Assembly (NCBI GenBank): GCA_031364845.1
Contig: JANLWX010000064.1
Coordinates: 1-44,822, forward strand
Direction of reading: 5' to 3'
Length of the DNA: 44,822 nucleotides
Origin: Candidatus Eiseniibacteriota bacterium
GTDB lineage: Bacteria > Eisenbacteria > RBG-16-71-46
The notes beneath the pieces are model-generated. The model was not told the origin of the DNA. It saw only the letters and a list, made by a program, of their open reading frames with translations, and ran no database searches. Position numbers and translations under genes: made by a program. Positions 8,016 to 16,711 of this stretch are shown here, in pieces. Positions within the stretch are counted from its first letter, which is position 1; each line of letters starts with the position of its first letter.

Positions 8016-8465
8016 TCAGACGGCCGGCTGTGGGATGGGGCGGAGCTTCACGAGATGGCAGGCGGTGCCGGTCGGCAGGAACTCGAACTGCACCGAGTCC
8101 ATGCACGCCCGCATGATGAAGATGCCCCGTCCGCGCGCGTCGAACAGGTGCTCGGGCGAGGTGACGTCACCGTTGATCTGTCCGAGGTCGAAGCCCGTGC
8201 CGGTGTCGTAGACATCGATCTCCATGCGATCCGGATACAAAGAAAATCTAATGTCGACCGGAAGTGCCGAGTTGCGCTTGTGACCGTGCTGGATCGCGTT
8301 GGTGCCCGCCTCGATCACCGACATCGTGACCTGTGAGGCGGTGTCGCCGTCGAACTTCATGCGTTCGCAAAGCGAATTCGCGACCGCGTCGAGCAACGCG
8401 AGCAGGTCGAGCCGGCTCGGGATTCTTACGGAGATGACTTCCGGTTTGACGTCGGATTCAGTCAT
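8016..8465 (-). CDS. RsbW/SpoIIAB-like anti-sigma factor Ser/Thr kinase (HATPase_c_2)
   Basis: EAGTNAIQHG (N box), D-G-GFD (G1) and GRGIFIM (G2). Confidence 0.88.
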   Translation of the reverse strand: MTESDVKPEVISVRIPSRLDLLALLDAVANSLCERMKFDGDTASQVTMSVIEAGTNAIQHGHKRNSALPVDIRFSLYPDRMEIDVYDTGTGFDLGQINGDVTSPEHLFDARGRGIFIMRACMDSVQFEFLPTGTACHLVKLRPIPQPAV

Positions 8466-8471
8466 GAGAGC

Positions 8472-9467
8472 TCAGGGCAGGGACGAGGGACGGGTTGGAT
8501 TCCAGGAGCGGAGCATGTCCAGCACTCGGGCGAAGTCTTCGGGCACAGGCTGGTTGAAGCGAAGGTCCCCACCCGACACCGGATGTGAAAACCCCAATTC
8601 GGACGCGTGGAGCGCCTGCCGCGGCAGGACCCCGAGCAGTTCCGCAGCGAGGCTACGCTGGCTCAGCGAAAGCCTCAACTGCTTTTTGTCACGACCGCCG
8701 TAGAGCGGATCCCCGACCACCGCATGTCCGAGGTGCTGGAGATGCACCCGGATCTGGTGCGTGCGGCCGGTATCGAGCCGCACTTCGAGCAACGCCGCGG
8801 GCCCGAAGCGCTCGACCGCGCGCCAGTGCGTGCGTGCCGGCTTGCCGCCCGACTTCAGCACCGCCATGCGCGTGCGATCGCGCTGATGGCGGCCGAACGA
8901 GGTTTCGATCGTGCCCTCCTCGTCGCGCGGATCGCCCCATACGAGGGCCGAGTAGACGCGCGACACCGCGCGCGACTGGATCATTTCGACCAGCGCCCGG
9001 TAGGTGCGCTCCCGGCGCGCGACAACCATGAGCCCCGAAGTGTCCTTGTCGAGCCGATGCACGATGCCGGGGCGCCCCGGTCCACCGACCCGCGCGATCG
9101 CGGGATCGTGATGGAGCAGCGCGTTCACGAGTGTTCCCGAGTGCACTCCGGCGCCCGGATGAACGACGAGCCCGGACGGTTTGTTCACGACCAGCAACCA
9201 CTCGTCCTCGAATACGATGTCGAGCGGCAGGTCTTCCGGCAGCAGTTCTTTGCCCGCCACGCGCTCGGGCAGCGCGACCTCGACCACGTCGCCTTCGCGC
9301 AGGCGCTGCGAGGATCGGCCCGCCACCTGATTCACAAGCACGAGGCCATCCTGGATCAGGCTCTGGAGGCGGCTACGAGAGAGATCCGTCTGTGCCATCG
9401 CCAGGAAGCGGTCGAGCCGCTCGCCCTGGTTCTCCACTGGCACCGACAGATGAAGCGTCTGGTTCAT
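8472..9467 (-). CDS. rluD: RluA/RluD family 23S rRNA pseudouridine synthase
   Basis: S4 domain (RLDRFL...SRS), NKPSGLVVHP, HRLDKDTSG, TGRTHQIRVH and QALHA motifs. Confidence 0.93.
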   Translation of the reverse strand: MNQTLHLSVPVENQGERLDRFLAMAQTDLSRSRLQSLIQDGLVLVNQVAGRSSQRLREGDVVEVALPERVAGKELLPEDLPLDIVFEDEWLLVVNKPSGLVVHPGAGVHSGTLVNALLHHDPAIARVGGPGRPGIVHRLDKDTSGLMVVARRERTYRALVEMIQSRAVSRVYSALVWGDPRDEEGTIETSFGRHQRDRTRMAVLKSGGKPARTHWRAVERFGPAALLEVRLDTGRTHQIRVHLQHLGHAVVGDPLYGGRDKKQLRLSLSQRSLAAELLGVLPRQALHASELGFSHPVSGGDLRFNQPVPEDFARVLDMLRSWNPTRPSSLP

Positions 9468-9954
9468 GCGCGGCCGTTCCGGGCGTCTTGCCCATTTCCA
9501 CGTATTCATGGCGGGTCCACGACCACGCGAATAGCGCGACTCCGACCGACACAGCGGTGTCGGCGACGTTGAAGACCGGGAACCGTCCCCAGAGGATCTG
9601 GATGAAGTCCACGACCTCGCCCGTCTTGAGGCGGTCGATCAGATTACCGAGCGCCCCTCCGAGGATGAGCGCGAGTGCCAGTTTCCTCCCCGGGCCATGC
9701 ACCTGTCCACGCAGGAACATCAGCACGATCATCAGGGCGGCGGCGATCGAGAACAGGTAGTACGGAAATCCGGTGCCCGCACCGAGGCCGAATGCGACAC
9801 CGGAGTTGCGGGTGTAGGTGAGCTGAAGGAACTCTCCGATCAGGGAGACCGGAGGCTTGTAGGCGAGATGAGCCGAAGCCCATTGCTTCGTCCACTGGTC
9901 GAGCCCCACGACGAACGTCGCGATCCCGAACAGCGTGAGCAGCGATCGGATCAT
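9373..9954 (-). CDS. lspA: Lipoprotein signal peptidase II
   Basis: LDQWTK, NSGVAFG, GALGNLIDR, VVDFI and FNVAD motifs; ATGA overlap with the upstream stop. Confidence 0.95.
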   Translation of the reverse strand: MIRSLLTLFGIATFVVGLDQWTKQWASAHLAYKPPVSLIGEFLQLTYTRNSGVAFGLGAGTGFPYYLFSIAAALMIVLMFLRGQVHGPGRKLALALILGGALGNLIDRLKTGEVVDFIQILWGRFPVFNVADTAVSVGVALFAWSWTRHEYVEMGKTPGTAAHEPDASSVGASGEPGRAARPLPGDGTDGSLS

Positions 9955-10916
9955 TGAGCGCCCCGCTGGGCCTTCTCCTCCTTCTCCTTGCACGCGACAC
10001 ACAGGCTCGCCATCGGCATGGCTTCGAGCCGGCCACGTGAGATGGGCAGGCCGCAGGATTCGCAGATGCCGTACTCGCCGCGGTACACGCGGCGCAGCGC
10101 CTCGTTGATCTCCATCAGCGTGCGGCCTTCTTTGGACGCGAACATGAATGCCTTCTCGCGCTCCATCGCATCGGTGCCCGCGTCGGCCATGTGGAACGAG
10201 TAGCCGGAAAGATCGCCCGAGCTGTCACGCTGGTTCACTTTGAGCACGGTATTTTCCAGATGGCCCATCTCCTTGAGGATCTTGCGGCGCTCCTCCAGCA
10301 GACGGGTCTCGAATTCCTTGAGTTCCTGCTCGGTCACTCGCTTGGCTCCTTGCCCTGATGTCTGAGGCGTTCGGGTTCCTGGGCTCGAGGGTCGAGGACG
10401 GGCGACGGGCATGGTCGCGGGCCGGGTGGACTTCATCATCGATTCGGGCGGGAGCACGCCGAGCGGACGGACTTCCATCTGTGCCGCGCGCTTGGCTGCC
10501 GCGTCGGAGAGCTTCTTCACTTCCTTCTTGGTCTTCGTTTTGGCGACCGGCTTGCCCGGGGCCTTCGCGACAGCACCCTTTTCGGCCTTCGTCACGGCCA
10601 GTGCCGGAGCGGACTTCGCGGCCCCCGGCTTGAGAACGGGCTTCGCCGCGGGCCTGGCCGCCGGTTTCACGATCGGTTTCGCTGCAGACTTTGAAGCGGT
10701 TTTTGCGGGCACGGGTTTCCCTGTCGGCTTCACCGACTTGGACGCCACCTTCGAGACCGGCTTGGCCGGCGCTCGCTTGGGCGTGGATTTTGAATGCGCG
10801 GTCCTGGATGCGGACTTGGTCTTGGAGGGAGCGGCAGCACGAGCCGGCTTGCCGGCTTTTGCACCTGGTCGTGCCGCCCGGGTGCGGGCGGCGCTGGTCT
10901 TGCGCGAACTCGCCAT
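9951..10916 (-). CDS. TraR/DksA C4 zinc-finger protein with a long Lys/Ala/Pro-rich N-terminal extension
   Basis: HMADAGTD coiled-coil tip; YGICESC...RLEAMP...CVAC; GAGGAGG RBS. Confidence 0.88.
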   Translation of the reverse strand: MASSRKTSAARTRAARPGAKAGKPARAAAPSKTKSASRTAHSKSTPKRAPAKPVSKVASKSVKPTGKPVPAKTASKSAAKPIVKPAARPAAKPVLKPGAAKSAPALAVTKAEKGAVAKAPGKPVAKTKTKKEVKKLSDAAAKRAAQMEVRPLGVLPPESMMKSTRPATMPVARPRPSSPGTRTPQTSGQGAKRVTEQELKEFETRLLEERRKILKEMGHLENTVLKVNQRDSSGDLSGYSFHMADAGTDAMEREKAFMFASKEGRTLMEINEALRRVYRGEYGICESCGLPISRGRLEAMPMASLCVACKEKEEKAQRGAQ

Positions 10917-10954
10917 GAATCGCTACCTCCTCGGAACCGGACGCTTGCCGGTCT

Positions 10955-11788
10955 TCACGCTGCCTGATCCCAACGACGGACGATCTCGGTGATGAGACGC
11001 TGAAGTCGCGGTGCCGTTCGTCCTGCGACCGCAAGGATCTCAGGAATGTCCACCGCACGCAGGTGATCGGGCAAACAAGCATCGGTCACCACGTTGAACG
11101 CGAGCACGCGCTGACGGCCGTGCACCGCGGCCAGATTTTCGGGGACGAGCGACATCCCCACCACATCGGCCCCGATTCCTCGAAGGAATCGATACTCCGC
11201 CGCGGTCTCGAGGTTCGGCCCCGCCACGGCGACGAACACCGCCCTCTGAAGCGGCTCGGACAACTCGAGCGCCACCTGCTCGGCGAGACGCACGAGATCC
11301 CGCGCGTAAGGCTCGCTCATGTCCGGGAACCGCGGACCGAGCGCGTCGTCGTTCGCGCCGATCAGCGGATTGGCGCCCATGAGATTGATGTGATCGGTCG
11401 TCACCACGATCGTGCCGGGAGGCATCTCGGCATTCATGCTGCCGACCGCGTTCGTGATGATGACCGTGCCGCATCCGATCGCCTTGAGCACCCGCATCGG
11501 GAATGCGACCTGCTCCATCGTGTAGCCCTCATAGAAGTGCACGCGGCCCTTCATGACCGCCACCTGCCGCCCGGCAAGCACCCCCAGGTGCAATTCGCCG
11601 GCGTGGCTCTCGACCGTCGAGACGGGGAAGTGCGGAATGTCGCGATAAGGCACGATCGCGCGGGTTTCGAGCGCGGCGAAGTCGCCGAGCCCGGTCCCGA
11701 GAACGATGCCGACCTCGGGCCGGATCGGACTCTTCGCGAGCACGTAGGCCCCCGCTTCGTCGATGCGCGACTTGAGCTCACTCACCAC
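10955..11788 (-). CDS. punA: Purine nucleoside phosphorylase (trimeric PunA/XapA type)
   Basis: IVLGTGLG, IPHFP-STV-SH-G, GRVHFYEG, GPNLET-AE and VGMS motifs. Confidence 0.92.
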   Translation of the reverse strand: MVSELKSRIDEAGAYVLAKSPIRPEVGIVLGTGLGDFAALETRAIVPYRDIPHFPVSTVESHAGELHLGVLAGRQVAVMKGRVHFYEGYTMEQVAFPMRVLKAIGCGTVIITNAVGSMNAEMPPGTIVVTTDHINLMGANPLIGANDDALGPRFPDMSEPYARDLVRLAEQVALELSEPLQRAVFVAVAGPNLETAAEYRFLRGIGADVVGMSLVPENLAAVHGRQRVLAFNVVTDACLPDHLRAVDIPEILAVAGRTAPRLQRLITEIVRRWDQAA

Positions 11789-12074
11789 GATGTTCCGCTT
11801 CCTCCAGTACCCGATCGATCCGCCGCTTCAGTTCGCCGGCCTCGATGCCTTCGACTTCGATCTGCTTGCGGCGCGAGGTTTCGCCTCGCGCCACCGTCAC
11901 CTGCTGCCGGCCGACACCCACCGCCCTGGCGATCAGGTCGCACACCGCCTGATTCGCGCGGCCGGCTTCGGGCGCCGCCGTGACCTCGAGCTTCAGCACT
12001 CCGTCCGCGAGCCACGCGCGTATCGCGTTGCGCCGCGCGCCCGGATGGACGCGCACCGCGAGCCGCGCGGTCAC
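11778..12074 (-). CDS. yggU: DUF167/YggU family protein
   Basis: GTG start overlapping the yggT stop; VRVHPGA, V-AAPE-GRAN and GETSR-K motifs. Confidence 0.88.
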   Translation of the reverse strand: MTARLAVRVHPGARRNAIRAWLADGVLKLEVTAAPEAGRANQAVCDLIARAVGVGRQQVTVARGETSRRKQIEVEGIEAGELKRRIDRVLEEAEHRGE

Positions 12075-12370
12075 ACCATGCGCACCGCGACGTCGCGGAG
12101 CGTCTGCACCAGGAACAACCGGATGAACCAGATCGCGAGCATCGCCACGAACGGAGCGAAATCGATGCCCGAGTACTGCAGCGGCAACAGGCGCCGGATC
12201 GGGTCGCACACCATGTCCGAAACCCGGTCCAGGAACATGACGATCGGATTGCTCGGATCCGGCCGCACCCACGACAGCAAGGCGTTCACGAAAATGACGA
12301 GCATCAGCATCTGAAGCACGACGTCGAGGATCGACGCGAGTGCTCCCAGCAGATTTCCGATCACGAACAT
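12071..12370 (-). CDS. yggT: YggT family membrane protein
   Basis: LLSWV-PDP-NP, P-RRLLP and IDFAP motifs. Confidence 0.92.
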   Translation of the reverse strand: MFVIGNLLGALASILDVVLQMLMLVIFVNALLSWVRPDPSNPIVMFLDRVSDMVCDPIRRLLPLQYSGIDFAPFVAMLAIWFIRLFLVQTLRDVAVRMV

Positions 12371-12383
12371 TCGCTCTCCGTTC

Positions 12384-13079
12384 TCAGCCGCGCGGTCCGA
12401 ACAGCGCCGAACCCACGCGCACCATCGTGCTGCCCTCTTCGATCGCCACTTCGAAGTCCCCGCTCATCCCCATGCTCAACTCGGGCAACTCGAGCCCGGT
12501 CGCGCGCTCGGCCCGCTCGCGCAGTTCGCGCGTCGCGGCGAAGTACCGGCGCGCGTCCTCTGCGTCTCCGTCCGCCGCGCCGATCGACATCAGACCATCG
12601 AGCGCCAGCGACGGCAGCTTTCCCACCGCATCGAGCAGGGCCTCTGCCCCATCGGGCTCGACGCCGTGCTTCTGCGGTTCACCACTCACATTGACCTGAA
12701 CCATCACCCGCACCACGCGTCCCGCGTCGAGCGCGCGCCGCGACACGGCCTGCGCCACCTCGATGCGATCGATGCTGTGGATGCGATCGAACAGGTCCGC
12801 GGCGCGACCTGCCTTGTTACGCTGCAAATTTCCAATCAGATGCCAGCGGGCCGACCGGCCAAGCACTTCGAAGGCCATCACGGCATCCTGCACCCGGTTC
12901 TCGCCCAGATCCGCGAGACCCAGCTCGACCGCTTCGACGAGGGTCGTGAGGGGCACGGTCTTGGCGACCCCGATCAGGCGGACCTGCGCGGGATTGCGGC
13001 CCGACCGCCGGGCCGCGTGCTCGATGCGATCATGGATTTCGCTGAGACGGTCTCGCAGCGAGAGGGAGGCGCCGTTCAC
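12384..13079 (-). CDS. yggS: PLP homeostasis protein YggS
   Basis: LIGVAK, GENRVQ, WHLIGNLQRNK, LSMGMSGD and VRVGS-LFG motifs; the GTG start at 13079 is inferred. Confidence 0.93.
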   Translation of the reverse strand: MNGASLSLRDRLSEIHDRIEHAARRSGRNPAQVRLIGVAKTVPLTTLVEAVELGLADLGENRVQDAVMAFEVLGRSARWHLIGNLQRNKAGRAADLFDRIHSIDRIEVAQAVSRRALDAGRVVRVMVQVNVSGEPQKHGVEPDGAEALLDAVGKLPSLALDGLMSIGAADGDAEDARRYFAATRELRERAERATGLELPELSMGMSGDFEVAIEEGSTMVRVGSALFGPRG

Positions 13080-13089
13080 AGAGCGCGCG

Positions 13090-13118
13090 AGGGTAGTCGC
13101 GTGACCCGCGCGCTGCAA
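13090..13118 (-). promoter_or_regulatory. Putative sigma70 promoter of the yggS operon
   Basis: TTGCAG-N17-TACCCT, 10 nt before the GTG; no SD sequence. Confidence 0.45.
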
Positions 13119-13227
13119 GCGGAAAACGGGAGCCCCGGCCGCGCTGGGCTTTAGGGCGCCTGCGCTCGGTGTCTGGTCGCCAATACACCGAAGGCCAACC
13201 GCGAACGGCTGGCCATCGGTTTCCATA

Positions 13228-13589
13228 TGGTGGAGGCGGCGGGAATCGAACCCGCGTCCGAAAAACGATCCTCAAAGAGTCCTACAGGCGTGTCCGGCCA
13301 TTTGAATCTCGCGCGCGTCCGCTCCGACCGGCGGGATCATCCACGCGCCAGCTCGATTGGATCTCGTCCTCTGCCCCCGAGCGAGAGCTTTGGACCAGCC
13401 TGCGTTTGTATGACGATCGCGACCGACCCCCACAGGCGGGAACCGGGCGATCGTCGCTACCTAGTTTTTAATTAGGCAGCGAGAGCCATCTGCTCGTTGG
13501 CAGATGAATTTTCCCGCATTTTTAACGAGGCAACGGGCCCCCGGCCTGCACTCTTTGATTCAGGTTCCCCGTCGAGACCAATCGCCCCC
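13228..13589 (-). ncRNA. ssrA: tmRNA; tag peptide (A)ANEQMALAA
   Basis: 5' GGGGGCGATTGGTCTCGACGGGG; 3' GGGTTCGATTCCCGCCGCCTCCACCA; internal reading frame 13501-13472 ending ALAA-TAA; 362 nt. Confidence 0.96.
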
Positions 13590-13837
13590 GTTCGGTTGTG
13601 GATCGCGGCGCATCTGACTGCGTCAGCTTGGTCGCCACGTGCTCGACGTAGCTGGAGCTACGTCTGCGCGCGAGGCTCGGGCGCTTCCTTGCATCTGCAC
13701 CACGCTCCGCAACCGAACAGTGCATACACTCGGGAAGGCGCCTTGCGGAGTGCGGCAGCCCCTTGGGCTGCGCACAACTACCAATATTTTCCCCTAAAAG
13801 CTCTTCTTTTGCCGTTCCTTGTGCGAACTGCCGAAGA

Positions 13838-14272
13838 TCAAAACGGAATGTCGTCGTCCGGTGATCCGCCGAAGTCGTTCGACATGGTGTCATCGGGTGG
13901 GATCGTGGCGCCCATTTCGTCGGGGCCGCGGTCGCCGCCGGCTCGGCCGCCTACCAGGGTCATGCCGGTGGCGATGATCTCGGTGGAGTAGCGCTTCTGG
14001 CCGGCCTGGTCCTGCCACTGACGCGTGCGGATGCGGCCTTCGATGAAGACCTGGCGGCCTTTGGTCAGGTACTGGCCCGCGATCTCGGCGGTCTTGCCGA
14101 ACAGGACCACGCGATGCCACTCGGTGGCTTCCTGCTTCTGGCCCTGCTTGTCGGTCCACTTTTCGGTCGTCGCAATTCTGAGATTCGCGACGGCCGCGCC
14201 TCCCTGCGTGAACCGCATCTCGGGATTCGCTCCGAGGTTGCCCAATAGAATCACCTTGTTGACGCCACTCAT
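13838..14272 (-). CDS. ssb: Single-stranded DNA-binding protein
   Basis: [18 protein letters not shown]-terminal DDDIPF. Confidence 0.97.
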   Translation of the reverse strand: MSGVNKVILLGNLGANPEMRFTQGGAAVANLRIATTEKWTDKQGQKQEATEWHRVVLFGKTAEIAGQYLTKGRQVFIEGRIRTRQWQDQAGQKRYSTEIIATGMTLVGGRAGGDRGPDEMGATIPPDDTMSNDFGGSPDDDIPF

Positions 14273-14439
14273 GGAATTCTCCCGCGAAACGAGGTTGCGG
14301 AGGCGTGTACGAACAGCCGAAAGACTAAGGTGCGAGACACCGCGACGCAAGGCGCGCGGGCCGCGGTTATGGGTCGCGATCGAATCCGGCGCTTCAACTC
14401 CAAAGTGATTCTGTCACCCCCCGGTGCGCGAGCCGCGGT

Positions 14440-14468
14440 TTGACGTCATTCGAGCCTCTGTCTATCCT
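14440..14468 (+). promoter_or_regulatory. sigma70 promoter of the tRNA Pro-Arg-His cluster
   Basis: TTGACG-N17-TATCCT, 26 nt upstream of tRNA-Pro. Confidence 0.7.
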
Positions 14469-14494
14469 CCGTGCCCGTTCGAATTCTTGTTCGC

Positions 14495-14575
<81 letters not shown>

Positions 14576-14620
14576 TCCCCGGGTGGCCCGAATTGCGGCC
14601 CCTCATGGGAACCGGAACCC

Positions 14621-14697
14621 GCGCCTGTAGCTCAGAAGGATAGAGCAACGGATTTCTAATCCGTCGGTCGGGGGTTCGATTCCCTCCAGGCGCGCCA
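14621..14697 (+). tRNA. tRNA-Arg(TCT)
   Basis: GCGCCTGTAGCTCAG...ACGGATT-TCT-AATCCGT...CAGGCGCGCCA. Confidence 0.96.
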
Positions 14698-14724
14698 CTG
14701 CAGCGCGAATGGCGTTAGATTGGT

Positions 14725-14801
14725 GGTGGGTGTAGCTCAGTCGGTAGAGCACTGGACTGTGGCTCCAGGTGTCGCGGGTTCGAGCCCCGTCATCCACCCC
14801 A
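14725..14801 (+). tRNA. tRNA-His(GTG), with encoded G-1
   Basis: GGTGGGTGTAGCTCAG...CTGGACT-GTG-GCTCCAG...CATCCACCCCA. Confidence 0.96.
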
Positions 14802-14859
14802 TCTTCTTCCTCCCCGCGGCGCCTCGAGGGCAACGCTTCTTCCAGGGATCGGAACCGTC

Positions 14860-16290
14860 ATGACCTCCTCCCCGCTGTCGCGCCGCGCGAAGATCGTCTG
14901 CACACTGGGTCCTGTCACGAGCACGCCCGAGGCGATCCTGCGCTTGGTCGAAGCGGGCATGGACGTGGCGCGCCTCAACCTCTCGCACGGCACGCACGAC
15001 CAGCATCGCGCGGCGTACGACGGGGTGCGCCACGCTTCCGAGGTCTCGAAGCGCGCGGTCGCCGTGGTCGCGGATCTCCAGGGGCCGAAGATCCGGCTCG
15101 GCAAGTTCCGTGACGGCTCAGCACTGCTGGTCGATGGCGCGGAGTTCGTGATCACGACCGAGCCGCTCGAGGGCGACGCCGCGGGTGCCTCGACCACGTA
15201 CGCCGCGCTCGCGACCGATGTGCGTCCGGGGAACGCTCTGCTGATCGACGACGGGCTCGTGCGTCTCGAAGTGATCGACACCGACGGCATCCGCGTGCGC
15301 TGCCGCGTGATCGAAGGCGGCGTGATCTCGAACAACAAGGGCATCAACCTGCCCGGCGTGCGCGTCAGCGCGGAGACGCTGACTCCGAAGGACGTCGTCG
15401 ATCTGCAGTTCGCGCTCTCGCTACGAGTGGATGCGATCGCGCTGTCGTTCGTGCGCTCACCCGAGGACGTCCAGCCGGTGCACGCCGCAATGGATGCCTC
15501 CGGCGGGCGGCTGCCGGTGATCGCCAAGCTCGAGAAGCCCGAAGCCGTCGATCGTCTGGAGGATGTGATCCGCGCGTTCGACGGAATCATGGTGGCGCGC
15601 GGTGATCTCGGCGTCGAGATGCCGCTCGAGCGCGTGCCGCTCACGCAGAAGCGCGCCGTGCAGCTCGCGCGCGAACACGCGAAGCCGGTGATCGTCGCCA
15701 CGCAGATGCTGGAGTCGATGATCCACCACTCGCGCCCCACACGCGCCGAGGCGTCGGATGTCGCGAACGCGGTGCTCGACGGCGCCGATGCGTTGATGCT
15801 GTCGGGTGAAACCGGCGTCGGCCAGTTCCCGTTCGAGAGCGTGCGCACGATGGCGCGCATCATCGCGGCCGCCGAGGAAGAAGGCTTCGAGCGCTTCGCA
15901 CCCGTGTCGCACAGCCCGGGCTCGCTCCAGGAAGCGATCGCGCGCGCCGCGACCGTGGTCGCGCGCGACATCGGCGCGCGCGCGCTGGTCGCCTTCACGC
16001 ACAGCGGCAGCACCGCGCGCTGGCTGGCCTCGCACCGTTCGGAGATTCCGCTGCTCGCGTTCACCACCGAATCCGCGGTGCGCAGCCAGCTCGCGATGCT
16101 GTGGGGCACCGAAACATTCGTGGTGCCGTGGGTCGATCACACCGACCAGATGGTCGAGCAGGTCGACCGGGCGATGCTCGAGGTCGGCCGCGGCCATCCG
16201 GGCGATCGCGTGGTGATCGTCGCGGGGACACCGCCCGGCGCGCCCGGATCGACCAACACGATGCGCGTGCATCGGCTGGGCGGCGGATAA
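14860..16290 (+). CDS. pyk: Pyruvate kinase
   Basis: KIVCTLGP, ARLN-SHG, DLQGPKIR, IMVARGDLGVE, ATQMLESM and MLSGET motifs. Confidence 0.97.
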   Translation: MTSSPLSRRAKIVCTLGPVTSTPEAILRLVEAGMDVARLNLSHGTHDQHRAAYDGVRHASEVSKRAVAVVADLQGPKIRLGKFRDGSALLVDGAEFVITTEPLEGDAAGASTTYAALATDVRPGNALLIDDGLVRLEVIDTDGIRVRCRVIEGGVISNNKGINLPGVRVSAETLTPKDVVDLQFALSLRVDAIALSFVRSPEDVQPVHAAMDASGGRLPVIAKLEKPEAVDRLEDVIRAFDGIMVARGDLGVEMPLERVPLTQKRAVQLAREHAKPVIVATQMLESMIHHSRPTRAEASDVANAVLDGADALMLSGETGVGQFPFESVRTMARIIAAAEEEGFERFAPVSHSPGSLQEAIARAATVVARDIGARALVAFTHSGSTARWLASHRSEIPLLAFTTESAVRSQLAMLWGTETFVVPWVDHTDQMVEQVDRAMLEVGRGHPGDRVVIVAGTPPGAPGSTNTMRVHRLGGG

Positions 16291-16369
16291 AGACGCCTTC
16301 TTCCCGCGCCGCGAAGCGTCCGCGCGGTACCGCTTGATCGGCGGCACGACCCGAGGGCAGACTCACTCC

Positions 16370-16639
16370 ATGCCATGGTCCCGCGACACGCGCCCCGAAG
16401 CCCGATTGCGGATGATCGAGCTGGCCCGATCCCTGCCCTTCGAGCGACGGCTGGCAGCGATCGACGCCGAGTTTGCCGCGTCGCGATTGCTGACCCTTGC
16501 GGGGATCCGAAGCCGCACACCGGGCGCCAGCGAAGAGGACATCGAAGCTCAGTACTACCGCCTCATGCTGGGGAACGATCTCGGCGAGAGAGTCCTGGAA
16601 CTCCAGCGCGCGCGCCGACGCAGCCGGACGGGGACGTGA
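16370..16639 (+). CDS. Small helical protein of the type found upstream of predicted nucleotidyltransferases (antitoxin-like partner), 89 aa
   Basis: 'DT-PEA...R--P-ERR...AGIR-R-P-ASEE-I....LG' pattern recalled from such gene pairs; GTGA coupling to the next frame. Confidence 0.6.
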   Translation: MPWSRDTRPEARLRMIELARSLPFERRLAAIDAEFAASRLLTLAGIRSRTPGASEEDIEAQYYRLMLGNDLGERVLELQRARRRSRTGT

Positions 16640-16710
16640 CGGATCGTGCCCCGATTCAGATCCTCACCGAAGTGACTCGACTCCTCGATGCGCTGAAGAT
16701 CCGCGACTTG
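16636..16710 (+). pseudogene. Probable truncated remnant of a nucleotidyltransferase-like gene
   Basis: GTG-started 'VTDRAPIQILTEVTRLLDALKIR' resembles the first helix of these NTases. It runs into the antisense 3' end of the VIT gene before any GG-S / DxD motif. Confidence 0.45.
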
Positions 16711-16711
16711 C

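Noticed and set aside
13497..13991. ORFs spanning the ssb-tmRNA intergenic region
   Set aside because: They overlap tmRNA and ssb and show no RBS or motif. The region is better explained as structured RNA.
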